Below, in pieces: positions 18,176 to 28,285 of a DNA stretch of 54,622 nucleotides. The position numbers and the translations under genes are program-made. Where the stretch lies: positions 1 through 54,622 of the IMG/VR virus record IMGVR_UViG_3300017751_000023; one strand, written 5' to 3'. This DNA is from a virus. Lineage: Duplodnaviria; Caudoviricetes. The notes under the pieces are model-generated. The model searched no databases. It was not told the DNA's origin and worked only from the letters and a program-made list of their open reading frames with translations. The first letter of the stretch is position 1. Every line of letters begins with the position of its first letter.

Positions 18176-20524
18176 TTATAAAAACCCTAGTAATCCTTTG
18201 TCTCCAAAGAGATTTAAACCACCACTACCAAATAATAGTCTTGCAAAGAAACTAGTTTTTGCAGCTCCCTCAGCAGTATCCATTTGCTCTCTAACACTAT
18301 CTAATTTTTTATCTGCTAGTAGTAATCTTGTGGCTCTTTCCAAGGCACTTTCAGATTGTGCAACAGCAAACTGCATCAAGTCTCTTTCTCTTTGCCATAT
18401 TTGGTCTATTGCCTTATTAGATAAACCATTCACTTGTTTTGCAAACTCAAAGTTAGCTTGATTTTGTGTAGCAGTATTTATTGTATTTGTATCCTGTCTC
18501 CATTTTGCATTAGCCTGTGCAATAATAAGAGAGTTGTTAGCATTAAACATATCTCTTTGATTCTGTATTTCAGCGTTAAACTTACTTAATGCGTTTTCTT
18601 CATTTACATTAAACTGGCTCATAGCATTAAACTGAGCAGCATTAAACTGGCTTACTTGACTGGATAAATTTTTATCAAACTGAGCCATTTGATTAGCACT
18701 TGATGCGTTAAACTGCTCCGCTGCATTTTGGGATGCAGTATCTGATAGAAGAGCATTTGCATTTTGTTGTGCCTTAAATAATTCTGTTTGCTGTTCATTG
18801 GCTAAATTAGTCAAATCGAGTTGTAAAAAGTTTTTAGCATTCTCAACTTGAGCCTGTTGCTGATTGCTTAAACTTTCTAACTCAAGCTGTGAAAGTTGTG
18901 CAGCTTCTGCCATTATGAGAGCTTGTTTGTTATCAAGATTGGCAAGGTCAACAGTTTGTGCCATCTTAGCATTTTCTAGTGCTATCTGTTGGTCAGCATT
19001 AAAATTCATATTAGCTATTTCGCTAACCTTCGCAGCATTCCTCACCTTTGTTTCAAATGCTTGATTAAATTCTAGCTGTAAAAAGTTAGCTCTTTGCTCT
19101 GCTTTAAATAAAGCCATCTCTTGTTTATTACCTGCATCAATCTGTGCAATAGGTAGAGCAGCTTCCATAGCTGCCTGTATTACTGCCTGACCTGCCATAG
19201 ATGACGCACCAAGTCCTCTTGCAGCTAATATTTGTTGTGCCTTACGCATACTTCCTGCTGCCCATGCAGGTGTATCACCTTTCTCAAAGTCTTCCATGAG
19301 AGTAGACAGTTCATCTTTTACAGATGCAGCTTCAACTGGTCCTTCACCAAAGACCTCTTCAACTTTTTTTTGGTCTACTCCTGTACCCTCTATAAGTTCA
19401 CTAGGACCTTGTGGCATAGTCTCCAGTCTTTGATTAATCCTAGAGAGAGTGCTTTCTAATTGTGCTTTTATCCGTTCTTTAGTGGGAGGAGGAGGGGGGT
19501 CTCCAATAAACCTTCCTCTTTTTAGAAAATCTTGATACATTTCTTTTTGCTCTTGAAATGTTTTTTCTAAATTTTCCTCTTTGAGCATATCTTCAATTCT
19601 AGATTTGCCCTCTTTTAATCTAAGAGACTCTTCAGTTTCTCCTGTCTCAACAACACGAGTTGGAGCATCTTCTACTTTTCTGGCTTCATCTATTGTAGCT
19701 GCATCCAAATCAGATATTGCTGTATCAGTTTTAGTTTGACCAACAACTTCTTTTGTTAAATCATCTTTTGTTTTAGCTTCAACACCCTCTGTTAATTCCT
19801 TCATTTTTTCAGCAGAAGTAAACGTATCAGCAGTTGTTACATCTGTATCAGTAGGAGTCTGAGCCTGTGCTAGTTTGTCAACTGTTGCAACATCAGCAGT
19901 CGGTGCATCAGGTCCTACTTGACCTGTACCTTCAGCTATTGATGTCCCTGCTGCATCAGCATCTATATTTGTAACATCTGTTTTTTCTACAACTTTTGAT
20001 GGGTCAATAATAGCGTCACCAACTAACTGTCTCGTACCCTCTGCTATATCTTCTGCATAATAAGGTGTGTCTGTTTTTGTATTAGTAGCACCTGTTCCTG
20101 TATTAGCAGTAGGAGTATTTGTTGAACCAAAATTTACAACTTGTTTTTCTGCCATAGGTTGTGACCCTTGTGGAGAAACTTCAGGAATGCCATAAGTAAT
20201 TGGAGGAATACCCTCTTTTACTTCATTGTCTGTGGGAGAAAAAGGTTTACCTGTTTTCATAGAGATAAAATCTATATTTGGTTTTTTAGGAGCAGGTTTT
20301 TGAATCTTAATTTTTTTATTTTGCTCAGGGTCATAACCAAATTCCATAGTTTTTCCCTGAACAACTCCACCGGGTTGATAACCAACCATACCACCTCTAT
20401 TCTTAACAGCTATAGGAATATCTCTAGCATTTATAAAATTAGAGATAGCTGTTTTACTTTGAGGTCCTGTATATCCGTGTAGCTTACTTAGGATATCATA
20501 AGCTTCTTGTACTGTCATTGCCAT
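18176..20524 (-). CDS. Internal virion/pilot-type protein with Q/N/A-rich coiled coil
   Basis: PAWAAG..R...A.GLG.SS motif followed by long QFNA-type repeats. Confidence 0.7.
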   Translation of the reverse strand: MAMTVQEAYDILSKLHGYTGPQSKTAISNFINARDIPIAVKNRGGMVGYQPGGVVQGKTMEFGYDPEQNKKIKIQKPAPKKPNIDFISMKTGKPFSPTDNEVKEGIPPITYGIPEVSPQGSQPMAEKQVVNFGSTNTPTANTGTGATNTKTDTPYYAEDIAEGTRQLVGDAIIDPSKVVEKTDVTNIDADAAGTSIAEGTGQVGPDAPTADVATVDKLAQAQTPTDTDVTTADTFTSAEKMKELTEGVEAKTKDDLTKEVVGQTKTDTAISDLDAATIDEARKVEDAPTRVVETGETEESLRLKEGKSRIEDMLKEENLEKTFQEQKEMYQDFLKRGRFIGDPPPPPTKERIKAQLESTLSRINQRLETMPQGPSELIEGTGVDQKKVEEVFGEGPVEAASVKDELSTLMEDFEKGDTPAWAAGSMRKAQQILAARGLGASSMAGQAVIQAAMEAALPIAQIDAGNKQEMALFKAEQRANFLQLEFNQAFETKVRNAAKVSEIANMNFNADQQIALENAKMAQTVDLANLDNKQALIMAEAAQLSQLELESLSNQQQAQVENAKNFLQLDLTNLANEQQTELFKAQQNANALLSDTASQNAAEQFNASSANQMAQFDKNLSSQVSQFNAAQFNAMSQFNVNEENALSKFNAEIQNQRDMFNANNSLIIAQANAKWRQDTNTINTATQNQANFEFAKQVNGLSNKAIDQIWQRERDLMQFAVAQSESALERATRLLLADKKLDSVREQMDTAEGAAKTSFFARLLFGSGGLNLFGDKGLLGFL

Positions 20525-20528
20525 TTAG

Positions 20529-20759
20529 TTAGTCCTTACTTAATACTCTGTCTAGCTTATCTTCTAGTCTGTGTAGTGCTTCCATTACTCCATGCATCTC
20601 TTGTTTTACCTCAGACCTTGATGCGTACTCTTCTCTCGTTTTATTTAGAAGTATATCTAGTCTCTTTACTTCTAGCATCATGTTACGAAATGTCCACAAT
20701 GCAGGAGCTATTACTAAAGTTAGTATCAAGTTCCAAAACATTACTGGCTCTATTTCCAT
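20529..20759 (-). CDS. Small TM/coiled-coil protein
   Basis: GAGG RBS; N-terminal TM; LNKTREEY...RLEDKLD. Confidence 0.75.
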   Translation of the reverse strand: MEIEPVMFWNLILTLVIAPALWTFRNMMLEVKRLDILLNKTREEYASRSEVKQEMHGVMEALHRLEDKLDRVLSKD

Positions 20760-20761
20760 CG

Positions 20762-21232
20762 TTACCTCTTAAACTTATCGTTGAGTGAATCTACTACACT
20801 GTCTATGTTAGGTGGCTGACCATTTGGGTCATACTTGCAACGATACTCATTTGGGCAGTTACCTTCTACTACTAGCGTGTATGTATCGTTTGCTCCCTTA
20901 TATAAACAGACCTGCTGTCCGTTCTTTGCTTGTACTCTTTTGTATCTACGGCATGTGATATACTTTGGGTCTTCACGTATGCCTTTTCTTTTTTCTTGCT
21001 CCCATGTCCAGTCACTGAACTTTTTGAGGAAGCAGGTGTAACAGTTCTTGATATTGTCGGATTGTGCTAAAGTTATTGTACCATATTTGTCTGCACAAAG
21101 CCACTCAAACGTGTACTGCCCACCGTCTTTTCTTACGCAGTTACCACCATCCTCTGTCAACCCCCATAAGACCGTATACAAACCCACCCAGAACACCAGT
21201 ACCAACAGTAAGAACCACTGCCACAGCGACAT
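20762..21232 (-). CDS. Cys-rich hypothetical protein (start uncertain)
   Basis: Only ORF filling 20762-21140 on the arm strand; 8 Cys; its 5' end overlaps the upstream gene. Confidence 0.6.
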   Translation of the reverse strand: MSLWQWFLLLVLVFWVGLYTVLWGLTEDGGNCVRKDGGQYTFEWLCADKYGTITLAQSDNIKNCYTCFLKKFSDWTWEQEKRKGIREDPKYITCRRYKRVQAKNGQQVCLYKGANDTYTLVVEGNCPNEYRCKYDPNGQPPNIDSVVDSLNDKFKR

Positions 21233-21635
21233 ATGTTATAACCTTTTCTCTGAATTGTTGTTTATCATATACTTCTTTCTGTCTTCTCTTGCGTATCTGC
21301 CCTTCCATTGCCAGTAGGTCATCCCAAGATTTTGAGCCGTGGGTAAACATCAGAAACTGTTTTAGCTCATACCTCTGCTCTTCTAACTTCTTCTTGGCAG
21401 TAAACGCTTCAATAGCTTCTTGTTCTATACTACCACCACCAAACATCTTGCGAACCATTGATGGGTTCTTGGCTGATTTGTGTGCGTTGTCTACATCACT
21501 GACTGCTCCCATCCACCGTGACAAGTCCTGTGACATTGCTTCCAAGTCTCGTCCTGCTGCAAATGCCCTCTTGATTCCGTTGAAGGCTGTGCTTGCTGTA
21601 GCAACAGCAGCAGAGATGGTGATGGGGTCAAACAT
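21141..21635 (-). CDS. Conserved membrane-anchored coiled-coil protein
   Basis: MFDPITI.AA...A.AFNGIK start; C-terminal TM. Confidence 0.75.
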   Translation of the reverse strand: MFDPITISAAVATASTAFNGIKRAFAAGRDLEAMSQDLSRWMGAVSDVDNAHKSAKNPSMVRKMFGGGSIEQEAIEAFTAKKKLEEQRYELKQFLMFTHGSKSWDDLLAMEGQIRKRRQKEVYDKQQFREKVITYVAVAVVLTVGTGVLGGFVYGLMGVDRGWW

Positions 21636-21636
21636 G

Positions 21637-21885
21637 TTACCCCACTACTGCAGTTTTAGCAGCTTTTTCTAAAATTTCCTTTGATTGTTGCTCTGATTTA
21701 TTTATGGAGTCGATGAGTATGTTTGTGAAATGCGTTAAGGCAGCACTCATCTGGTCAAGTTCAAACTTGTGTGTGTTACTCTTAGACTGCAGACTCTTTA
21801 TCTGAGCAATGATGTAGTTCTGCTCTTTGTTAAAGTTATCTGTCTTGTAGTCTTTACCATTTATTTGTATTACATTATCCGTCAT
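21637..21885 (-). CDS. Small tail-associated coiled-coil protein
   Basis: VIQINGKDY start; AAGGA RBS. Confidence 0.7.
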   Translation of the reverse strand: MTDNVIQINGKDYKTDNFNKEQNYIIAQIKSLQSKSNTHKFELDQMSAALTHFTNILIDSINKSEQQSKEILEKAAKTAVVG

Positions 21886-22061
21886 TCTGCATCCTTTATA
21901 GTTAACGTGCCTTCCTTTACTTGTTTAAGTATCTCTGCGTAGTGTCTGTTGTTTTCTTTTTTAGGAGTCCAATGCACTATTCCATCTATAGTAACTTTTA
22001 ATATCTTTGTATTTTCACTACCATCTGGGTTCTTAATCTTACTTACTTCTGTTATATTCAT
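21882..22061 (-). CDS. 59-aa tail fibre-associated protein (not in ORF track)
   Basis: MNITEVSKIK...TPKKENNRHYAEILKQVKEGTLTIKDAE*; AGGAAGG RBS; ATGA overlap with the next gene. Confidence 0.7.
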   Translation of the reverse strand: MNITEVSKIKNPDGSENTKILKVTIDGIVHWTPKKENNRHYAEILKQVKEGTLTIKDAE

Positions 22062-22073
22062 AATAATACCTTC

Positions 22074-23081
22074 CTATAACTCAGCATCTGCCGTAGCACC
22101 TGCATCCCAAATGGCGTAACCTCCCACTCTATAACACTGTGCATAATCAACAGAAATAGTTTGTGCAGTATTGCTTGAACCAACTCCTGTCATATCAGGG
22201 TCATGGTTCATTGTAACTGGAAAAGTCATAGTTGCATAATCTGCAGCACTTGAACTTCCATAACCACCATATTGTATCTCATCAGCTTTAAAAAAGTATC
22301 TCTGACACTTAGCCAATGTCCTATCATAAGGCTCATGCTCAAACTCTGTTGGGTTCTGCCCTACTTCTAACTGAACGCCTGCCATAGCCCAATCATTAGA
22401 GGTGCTAGACAATATATTGTTTGACATACCAACAGCTAAGTTTGCCAGTGTTTTACTTTGCCATGCACTTGCTATTGTACCAGAAGTAAAGTTAGTACCT
22501 GCTGCTAAAAAGAAGTGTAACACTAGGCTCATAGCATTATCGTTTGTAAATGCTCCTGTTGTGTCAGCAGGAAAACGTACTGTTTTAAACTCCCAAGTAT
22601 CAGCAGAAGAGATACTGTATGTACCTGCTATAGCCCTTGAGTTGTCTGTGTCCTCTAGGTACATATTAAACTGACCAGTAAGGTTTGATTTGACATAGAA
22701 ACTGCACACTAAAGGTTTAGCATCTGATGTTCCTTTAGCTACACCTTGAAGGTTCTGTCCTTCTATTCTTTGTTGCACTCTAATACTGTGGTCTGCTGCA
22801 ACAGATGTATCTGCTGTTGTACAATCTACTTTGAAACTCTTTGATAGACCAGAGCCTGTAGGCACACTTGAGTCTTGTGTAAGCGTAACCTGTCCACCTG
22901 TGCTTTCGTCTACGTACTTCCATCTGTCACAAGTGTAGTAACCATCTGCATCTACGGCTGTTGAGCTTGTTCCTCTTTGTGCAACTGCCATGTCACCATT
23001 GATGAGCAAGTTCCTGTTTACTCCACCACCCCCTGCATTGATGTTGCCTATAAGGTTTGCTAACTCTGCTGCTTTGCTCAT
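22074..23081 (-). CDS. Tail fibre/receptor-binding protein with carbohydrate-binding-like domain
   Basis: RNLLINGDM.VAQRG, DRW, Q.IEG, GVQLEVG..T.FEH, CQRYF signature. Confidence 0.8.
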   Translation of the reverse strand: MSKAAELANLIGNINAGGGGVNRNLLINGDMAVAQRGTSSTAVDADGYYTCDRWKYVDESTGGQVTLTQDSSVPTGSGLSKSFKVDCTTADTSVAADHSIRVQQRIEGQNLQGVAKGTSDAKPLVCSFYVKSNLTGQFNMYLEDTDNSRAIAGTYSISSADTWEFKTVRFPADTTGAFTNDNAMSLVLHFFLAAGTNFTSGTIASAWQSKTLANLAVGMSNNILSSTSNDWAMAGVQLEVGQNPTEFEHEPYDRTLAKCQRYFFKADEIQYGGYGSSSAADYATMTFPVTMNHDPDMTGVGSSNTAQTISVDYAQCYRVGGYAIWDAGATADAEL

Positions 23082-23491
23082 GCTAAATCTCCGTGGTTAA
23101 TACAGTCTACGTCTTGACCATCAAGCAAAGAAGCATCGTTAAATTTAGTAGTGACAAATAGAGTTGTTGTTGTTGTTCTAGCGTTGTCATAATTTACACC
23201 TCTGTTGTAATTATCAGCACCACCATTCCAACAACTTCCTACGCTACTATAGTTTATGGATGCCATTGCATTAGTCATAGTTACAGTAACCTTTCCAGTA
23301 GCACGGTCTGTTATAGACCCTACGTTAAAGCTATCATCTATTGTATTCTCTGTATTCATATCTAAGTGACACCAGACCTTCGCTAACCCCTGTTGCAGAT
23401 TAGTCGTGGTGCTATTGCCTTCGCCTGTCACAGCGATTGACCCTGCTGTGGTGACACCTGTTAATGTATTAATTTTTAGTGTTGATGCCAT
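23078..23491 (-). CDS. Tail cassette paralogue 5 (GDLA family)
   Basis: MASTLKINTLTG...TNLQQGLAK...SFNV.S.TD...HGDLA. Confidence 0.8.
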   Translation of the reverse strand: MASTLKINTLTGVTTAGSIAVTGEGNSTTTNLQQGLAKVWCHLDMNTENTIDDSFNVGSITDRATGKVTVTMTNAMASINYSSVGSCWNGGADNYNRGVNYDNARTTTTTLFVTTKFNDASLLDGQDVDCINHGDLA

Positions 23492-24510
23492 TATCCACAA
23501 TATAGTACGCAGGAGACTAACTTAACGTCTGTGCTACTATTCCCTATTGTTACCTTGCCTATTGTCTTGCTCCTTACGATATCATCTGACTGCACCTTTG
23601 CTGTGCCATCTCCGTTGCTCTCTAGTAAGTCACCCTTTTCACACTTGCCTGTTACACGCACAGAGCCAATGCCTACTGATGCTACGTTGACTTTGCCTTG
23701 TGTATTAAAACTACTTACAACTCCATAAACAGCACTATCTCCTGATGTACTTGACACTTCTACTTTAGCGTGGTCTTTTCTTGTTTGTCCTGCTTTTGGA
23801 TTGTCTTCTTCTTCTCCTGCTTCACCTTGCTTTGAAGCATATATATCGAGTTCATCTATGGTTGAGACAACTGTTCCTATAGGTGTGCTTGTAGCTACGC
23901 CTGAGCTTTCATGTAACCCCTGAAAACCAGATAAAGAAACTGTACTACCAGAAACACTTATTGAACCTTCTGAAGAACCATCTTGCCTAAAACGAATAAG
24001 TGCACCATCAGCAGAAATCCTATTAACCTCTATAGCAGGGCCTCCACTAACACTGAATTTTGCCTGTCCATTTAACTTCGTTCCACTAACATTATTGCCA
24101 GTAGGGTCTGTGTTAGTAGTGCCAATAAGCACATTACCACTACTATCAATCCTCATGCGTTCTGTATTGGCAGTGTGAAATCTTGTCGTTCCACTCTCTC
24201 TGTTTAATATGTATGTATCTACACCTTCAGTACCTATGAGTGTTCCATCATTTACACCAGTACCAGAAGTATTATTTGTAAAATGAATCCAAGGAGAAAG
24301 TCCTGCTCCATTAATTTCTAACACTCTGTTTGCAGCACCTATATTATCTACTGAGGTTGTTCCTAATCCCATGTTACCTGCTGAATCAACTACAACATGA
24401 TTAGTGTTTGCCGTTTTGATTTTTACTTCATCATTAGTCGCTAGGTCAATCCCAGTGTCATTATCTCCCCCTGCATTGACGATTGTATCTACTTTAATTT
24501 CACTTGCCAT
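23491..24510 (-). CDS. Tail fibre protein
   Basis: Start MASEIKVD after the SD in the upstream GDLA junction; ERMRIDSSGNVLIG repeat; C-terminal GDLLESNGDG...TIGKV...LYCG. Confidence 0.8.
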   Translation of the reverse strand: MASEIKVDTIVNAGGDNDTGIDLATNDEVKIKTANTNHVVVDSAGNMGLGTTSVDNIGAANRVLEINGAGLSPWIHFTNNTSGTGVNDGTLIGTEGVDTYILNRESGTTRFHTANTERMRIDSSGNVLIGTTNTDPTGNNVSGTKLNGQAKFSVSGGPAIEVNRISADGALIRFRQDGSSEGSISVSGSTVSLSGFQGLHESSGVATSTPIGTVVSTIDELDIYASKQGEAGEEEDNPKAGQTRKDHAKVEVSSTSGDSAVYGVVSSFNTQGKVNVASVGIGSVRVTGKCEKGDLLESNGDGTAKVQSDDIVRSKTIGKVTIGNSSTDVKLVSCVLYCG

Positions 24511-24899
24511 TATGCTAAATCTCCACAAATTTGAAAGTTCTGATACACAGCATCTTCTGCACTTCCGTCATGTTGATTTGTTACCAGAGTAAATGTGCTT
24601 GTTGTTGAGCCTGTTTCTATTCCAACAAAGTTGTTATCATTTGATGCTCCAGTAGTTGTAGAGTATCCCAGTGCCGTATAAGCTATAGTAAAAGTATAGT
24701 CACAGTGACCTGTTCCACCATCTGCTACTGAAGACACATTTATGCTGTCATAAATGGATGTACTTGATGTTTGTTTTGTAGATGCCCATGTATTGCATAA
24801 AGTTCTTTGAAGAACACTTGTGGTACTACCCTCAGTAATATTAATACTACCCTTTGTTGTTCTTCCCTCTATATTATCTACTTGTAATTTTGATGTCAT
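24510..24899 (-). CDS. Tail cassette paralogue 4 (GDLA family)
   Basis: MTSKLQVDNI...DSINVSSVADGGTG...CGDLA. Confidence 0.8.
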   Translation of the reverse strand: MTSKLQVDNIEGRTTKGSINITEGSTTSVLQRTLCNTWASTKQTSSTSIYDSINVSSVADGGTGHCDYTFTIAYTALGYSTTTGASNDNNFVGIETGSTTSTFTLVTNQHDGSAEDAVYQNFQICGDLA

Positions 24900-25360
24900 A
24901 ATATTGTATAAAATCCATTAACTGTTAGCGTTGCTGATGCACCGACTGTAATAGGTCCTGCTGACAGTGCATTGGTTGTGCTACTGATTGTTATGTCACT
25001 GCTGATTGTCTGACCATTGGTTCGTATGATACTGTCGTTACCCAAGAATGGATACCGTGTGTCTGCTTCTGCCTTGGTGTAGCTGTTGGCTATACTAAAG
25101 ATGTCGTACACTATTATCTCTACTACATCGTTAGCTGATGCTCCTGTGACCAACACGACTGTTGTACCTGATGTGGCTGTATAGTCAGTGGCAGGTTTGA
25201 GCAGTATACCGTTTTGGTATACATCTACGTACTCACCGTCAGGGTAGGTGAGCGAAAGTGAGTTAGCATCTGAACCACTGAAGGACGTCTGCCCTGCTGT
25301 GGCTTGGTAGATGAACCTGTTACGGATACCTTGCTGTGGTGCTTTTCCTATGTATGGCAT
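24896..25360 (-). CDS. Tail fibre adaptor-type protein B
   Basis: MPYIGKAP...ATAGQTSF..VYQNG...; C-terminal IRTN..TI...NA..GPITV shared with 28710-29159. Confidence 0.75.
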   Translation of the reverse strand: MPYIGKAPQQGIRNRFIYQATAGQTSFSGSDANSLSLTYPDGEYVDVYQNGILLKPATDYTATSGTTVVLVTGASANDVVEIIVYDIFSIANSYTKAEADTRYPFLGNDSIIRTNGQTISSDITISSTTNALSAGPITVGASATLTVNGFYTIL

Positions 25361-26607
25361 TAGCCGTCCTCCAACTTCTTGATACGAGCTTCTAGTGCAT
25401 CGTTCTTTGCTGATAACTCTTGTATGGCTTTGACCATTATAGGCATTAGTGAAGCATCACCTATGCGTTGTCTTCCACCATCAGCTTGACCATCTGTAGC
25501 CCACATATCAAAACCATCTTTAATTTCTGAATGAGCGTCAATAACAGCTTTGACTTCTTGAGCTACAAACCCATGATTTGTATAATTATTAATAGTTCTT
25601 TTTTCAGAATCTTCAACATAAGCTCTATGATTTTTAGGTAAATCTTTTTCTTTTTTCCACTTGAAAGTTACAGGACGTAAATCTTTTATAAAAGATAACC
25701 CTGCTGTAGAAGTTTCTATATCTTCTTTATACCTTTGGTCAGATGGTGCTGAAATAGAAGTTGCACCAAATGCTATATTTGAATCAGAATTACCATGCCC
25801 AATAGTAAAGTTGTCACTCCCAACTCCTGTCACCTGATAGCCTATGACAATAGATTGATTAGTATTATTAGCAGGTGTGTCAGCTTGATAACCTAAACAA
25901 ACATTACCAGAGCCAGTTGTCAGTGTCTCTCCACCTCTTACAGTAGCAACATTCTGGTCGCCCTCAGTTAAACTGGTTAGTGCATTAACCCCCAATGCAC
26001 TGTTATGTTCACCTGTTGTAATTGCATCGCCTGCTAAAGCTCCTATTAAAGTATTTTTCGTTCCTGTTGTAACTGCTCCACCTGCTCCATGACCTACAGC
26101 AGTATTCTGCATATCTGTAGCACTTGCAGGATTTTGTGAGTCTAAAGTTCCAGTTCCTACTGCAACAGATTTACTTCCTAAAACGTTAGCACCTAATGCT
26201 CCCCATCCTATACCAACATTAAAGTCTGCGTCAGTAATTGCATCACCTGCTGTAGCTCCCACTAAAACATTTTCTACGCCTGTTGTTATAGATGTACCTG
26301 CGTTATATCCAACTGCTGTATTTTGTGCATCTGCTCCTGCATTAAGTGTTTTTAATGCACGATAGCCAACTGCAACATTTTGTCCATTTGCATCCTCTGT
26401 AGCGAGTGCTTCAAAACCAACAGCTACGTTGGCATCACCTGTAGTTAAGGCTGTACCTGCTTTATCTCCAATACAAGTATTTTCATTACCCCCACTAGCA
26501 ATAGAGTCTCCTGCTGTAGAGCCTAATATTAGGTTGTTAGTACCTGCTGTTTCAGTAGATATAGTACCACCATCAACAGCACTTCCTCTAACTTTAGTTA
26601 AAGCCAT
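25360..26607 (-). CDS. Tail fibre with Gly/Ala repeats and C-terminal intramolecular chaperone (peptidase S74-like)
   Basis: N.AVG..AL repeats; SDQRYKEDI cleavage motif, LRPV.F.W, GFVAQEV, VKAIQEL coil. Confidence 0.88.
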   Translation of the reverse strand: MALTKVRGSAVDGGTISTETAGTNNLILGSTAGDSIASGGNENTCIGDKAGTALTTGDANVAVGFEALATEDANGQNVAVGYRALKTLNAGADAQNTAVGYNAGTSITTGVENVLVGATAGDAITDADFNVGIGWGALGANVLGSKSVAVGTGTLDSQNPASATDMQNTAVGHGAGGAVTTGTKNTLIGALAGDAITTGEHNSALGVNALTSLTEGDQNVATVRGGETLTTGSGNVCLGYQADTPANNTNQSIVIGYQVTGVGSDNFTIGHGNSDSNIAFGATSISAPSDQRYKEDIETSTAGLSFIKDLRPVTFKWKKEKDLPKNHRAYVEDSEKRTINNYTNHGFVAQEVKAVIDAHSEIKDGFDMWATDGQADGGRQRIGDASLMPIMVKAIQELSAKNDALEARIKKLEDG

Positions 26608-26616
26608 TTATTTACC

Positions 26617-26991
26617 TCATGCGTAAGGGCTGTCACCCAATGTGCTTGTATCCCAAGCTGCTTTTAGTTTAGCTATTGTGTCTGCACTAGAGATAGCAGA
26701 AGCAGCAGGAGCGTCCCTGAGTGCTTTCTTCTTAGCGACAGAAGCATCTTTTTTTGATGCATCACTAGCTTCCAATGCCATCATATAGGCTACATCTTCA
26801 GCTTCAAGAAGTGGCTTTCGCACCTCTCTTATTTTTTCTTGAAAGATTTTTTTAGCTTCAGTCATATCCTCAGCCATTACACTTCCATTTAGTTTCCAAG
26901 CATTTCTAAAATGCCTGTCAGATGGCATGGTTATAGTAGAAGAGTCTGCTACAGCACCATCTTTGTCAGTTACGTATGTTTTAGTTGCCAT
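26617..26991 (-). CDS. Tail fibre assembly-like protein
   Basis: DRHFRNAW, IREVRKPLL...D, KKALRDAP pattern. Confidence 0.65.
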   Translation of the reverse strand: MATKTYVTDKDGAVADSSTITMPSDRHFRNAWKLNGSVMAEDMTEAKKIFQEKIREVRKPLLEAEDVAYMMALEASDASKKDASVAKKKALRDAPAASAISSADTIAKLKAAWDTSTLGDSPYA

Positions 26992-27006
26992 GTTAGTTCC
27001 TCCTAT

Positions 27007-27456
27007 TTAAGCAGCTATTTTCCAAGCATTTCGCCATGTATGATGTTGTGGCAGTTGCTCTTTCTTACATATGATTAGTCTAGGTTTATTAGACTTCTCA
27101 TAATCTCTCCACACCTTTTCAGGTATATCTTTCTGTATAAGGTACTCTATTGCTTCTTCTTCTGTCATAGCCTTTACTGGCTCAGTGTTATGCAATAGAT
27201 ATCCTCGTGTATGCTTTACAAAGTCAGGCTTTGCTTCGTCCTTCTTGAGTTCCCAATAAACCCACACAGGTGGTAGTATCCCACCATTCAATGCACACGC
27301 CATCCAGTTAGGGTCAGGGTGTGTTACCTTTGCAGGTTCATCTAAGTTGTCAGGGTCTTCCCATACAATGCAATACTCACTTCTGTATGGCTCTAGGTTT
27401 TGCTTTGCCCACCCTAGTCTATCCCATAAATGTGTTCCTTGAAATTCTGGTGTCAT
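27007..27456 (-). CDS. Tail-cluster conserved protein
   Basis: Start MTPEF via ATGA coupling; MTEEEAIEYLIQKDIP, WRNAW. Confidence 0.75.
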   Translation of the reverse strand: MTPEFQGTHLWDRLGWAKQNLEPYRSEYCIVWEDPDNLDEPAKVTHPDPNWMACALNGGILPPVWVYWELKKDEAKPDFVKHTRGYLLHNTEPVKAMTEEEAIEYLIQKDIPEKVWRDYEKSNKPRLIICKKEQLPQHHTWRNAWKIAA

Positions 27457-27872
27457 GCTAAATCTCCACAAAATGATTGATTCACTAAATCAGAGTCTCT
27501 AGCTGTACCACCACCATCAGTATTAGATGTAAATAAAGTTCGTATCTCACAATCAGTAGTAGCATAATCTGATTCAGCGTTGACAAAAGGAAGTGTTAAA
27601 GCAGTGCCTATGGTACAATTAATACTACTTACTACATAGTCATTATTATTAAAACTATTGGTAAAGTTAGTTTGATAAATCCCTGTCCCTGTATCAGTGA
27701 GACTGCCAACATTAAAAGAGTCTCTTATGGTTTGACCACTACTTTGATTTATAAAACACTTCGCTAAACCCTCTTGCACATTCGTAGTGGTAATATTCCC
27801 TGCACCTGCAACAATAGTGATGCTGTTCTTTGCGTCTACTCCCTCTAGGGCATTTGTTCTAAGTGTACTCAT
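27453..27872 (-). CDS. Tail cassette paralogue 3 (GDLA family)
   Basis: TTTNVQEGLAK...DSFNVGSLTDTGTG...CGDLA. Confidence 0.8.
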   Translation of the reverse strand: MSTLRTNALEGVDAKNSITIVAGAGNITTTNVQEGLAKCFINQSSGQTIRDSFNVGSLTDTGTGIYQTNFTNSFNNNDYVVSSINCTIGTALTLPFVNAESDYATTDCEIRTLFTSNTDGGGTARDSDLVNQSFCGDLA

Positions 27873-28285
27873 GCCAAGTCTCCGTGTCCTAAAACATCTA
27901 TTTCACAATCATCAGCAGTTGAACTATTTGCATCTCCACCAGAATCACTAACACGAACTTCCCATTGACTTGAGCTATTCATAGTTATTCCTGATGCTCC
28001 ACTTAGGTTTCGTGTAGCAGTTCTTGCTGTTACTCCTGACATAACTCCTAATGCGTTTGACAGTCCATTTGTCATGTTCCAGTGATAATCTCCTGTTCCA
28101 TTATCTGCAATAGAAGCAGTGTTAAAGCTATTTGAAACAGTATTTTCTGTGTTCATATCTGCTTTAATCCAACACTTCGCCAACCCCTGCTGTAAGTTGG
28201 TAGTTGTAGAGTTACCCTCTCCTGTGACGGCAATAGACCCTGCTGTTGATGTGCCTGTGAGTGTGTTTGTTTTGAGAGTTGCCAT
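27869..28285 (-). CDS. Tail cassette paralogue 2 (GDLA family)
   Basis: AGSIAVTGEGNSTTTNLQQGLAK...HGDLA. Confidence 0.8.
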   Translation of the reverse strand: MATLKTNTLTGTSTAGSIAVTGEGNSTTTNLQQGLAKCWIKADMNTENTVSNSFNTASIADNGTGDYHWNMTNGLSNALGVMSGVTARTATRNLSGASGITMNSSSQWEVRVSDSGGDANSSTADDCEIDVLGHGDLA

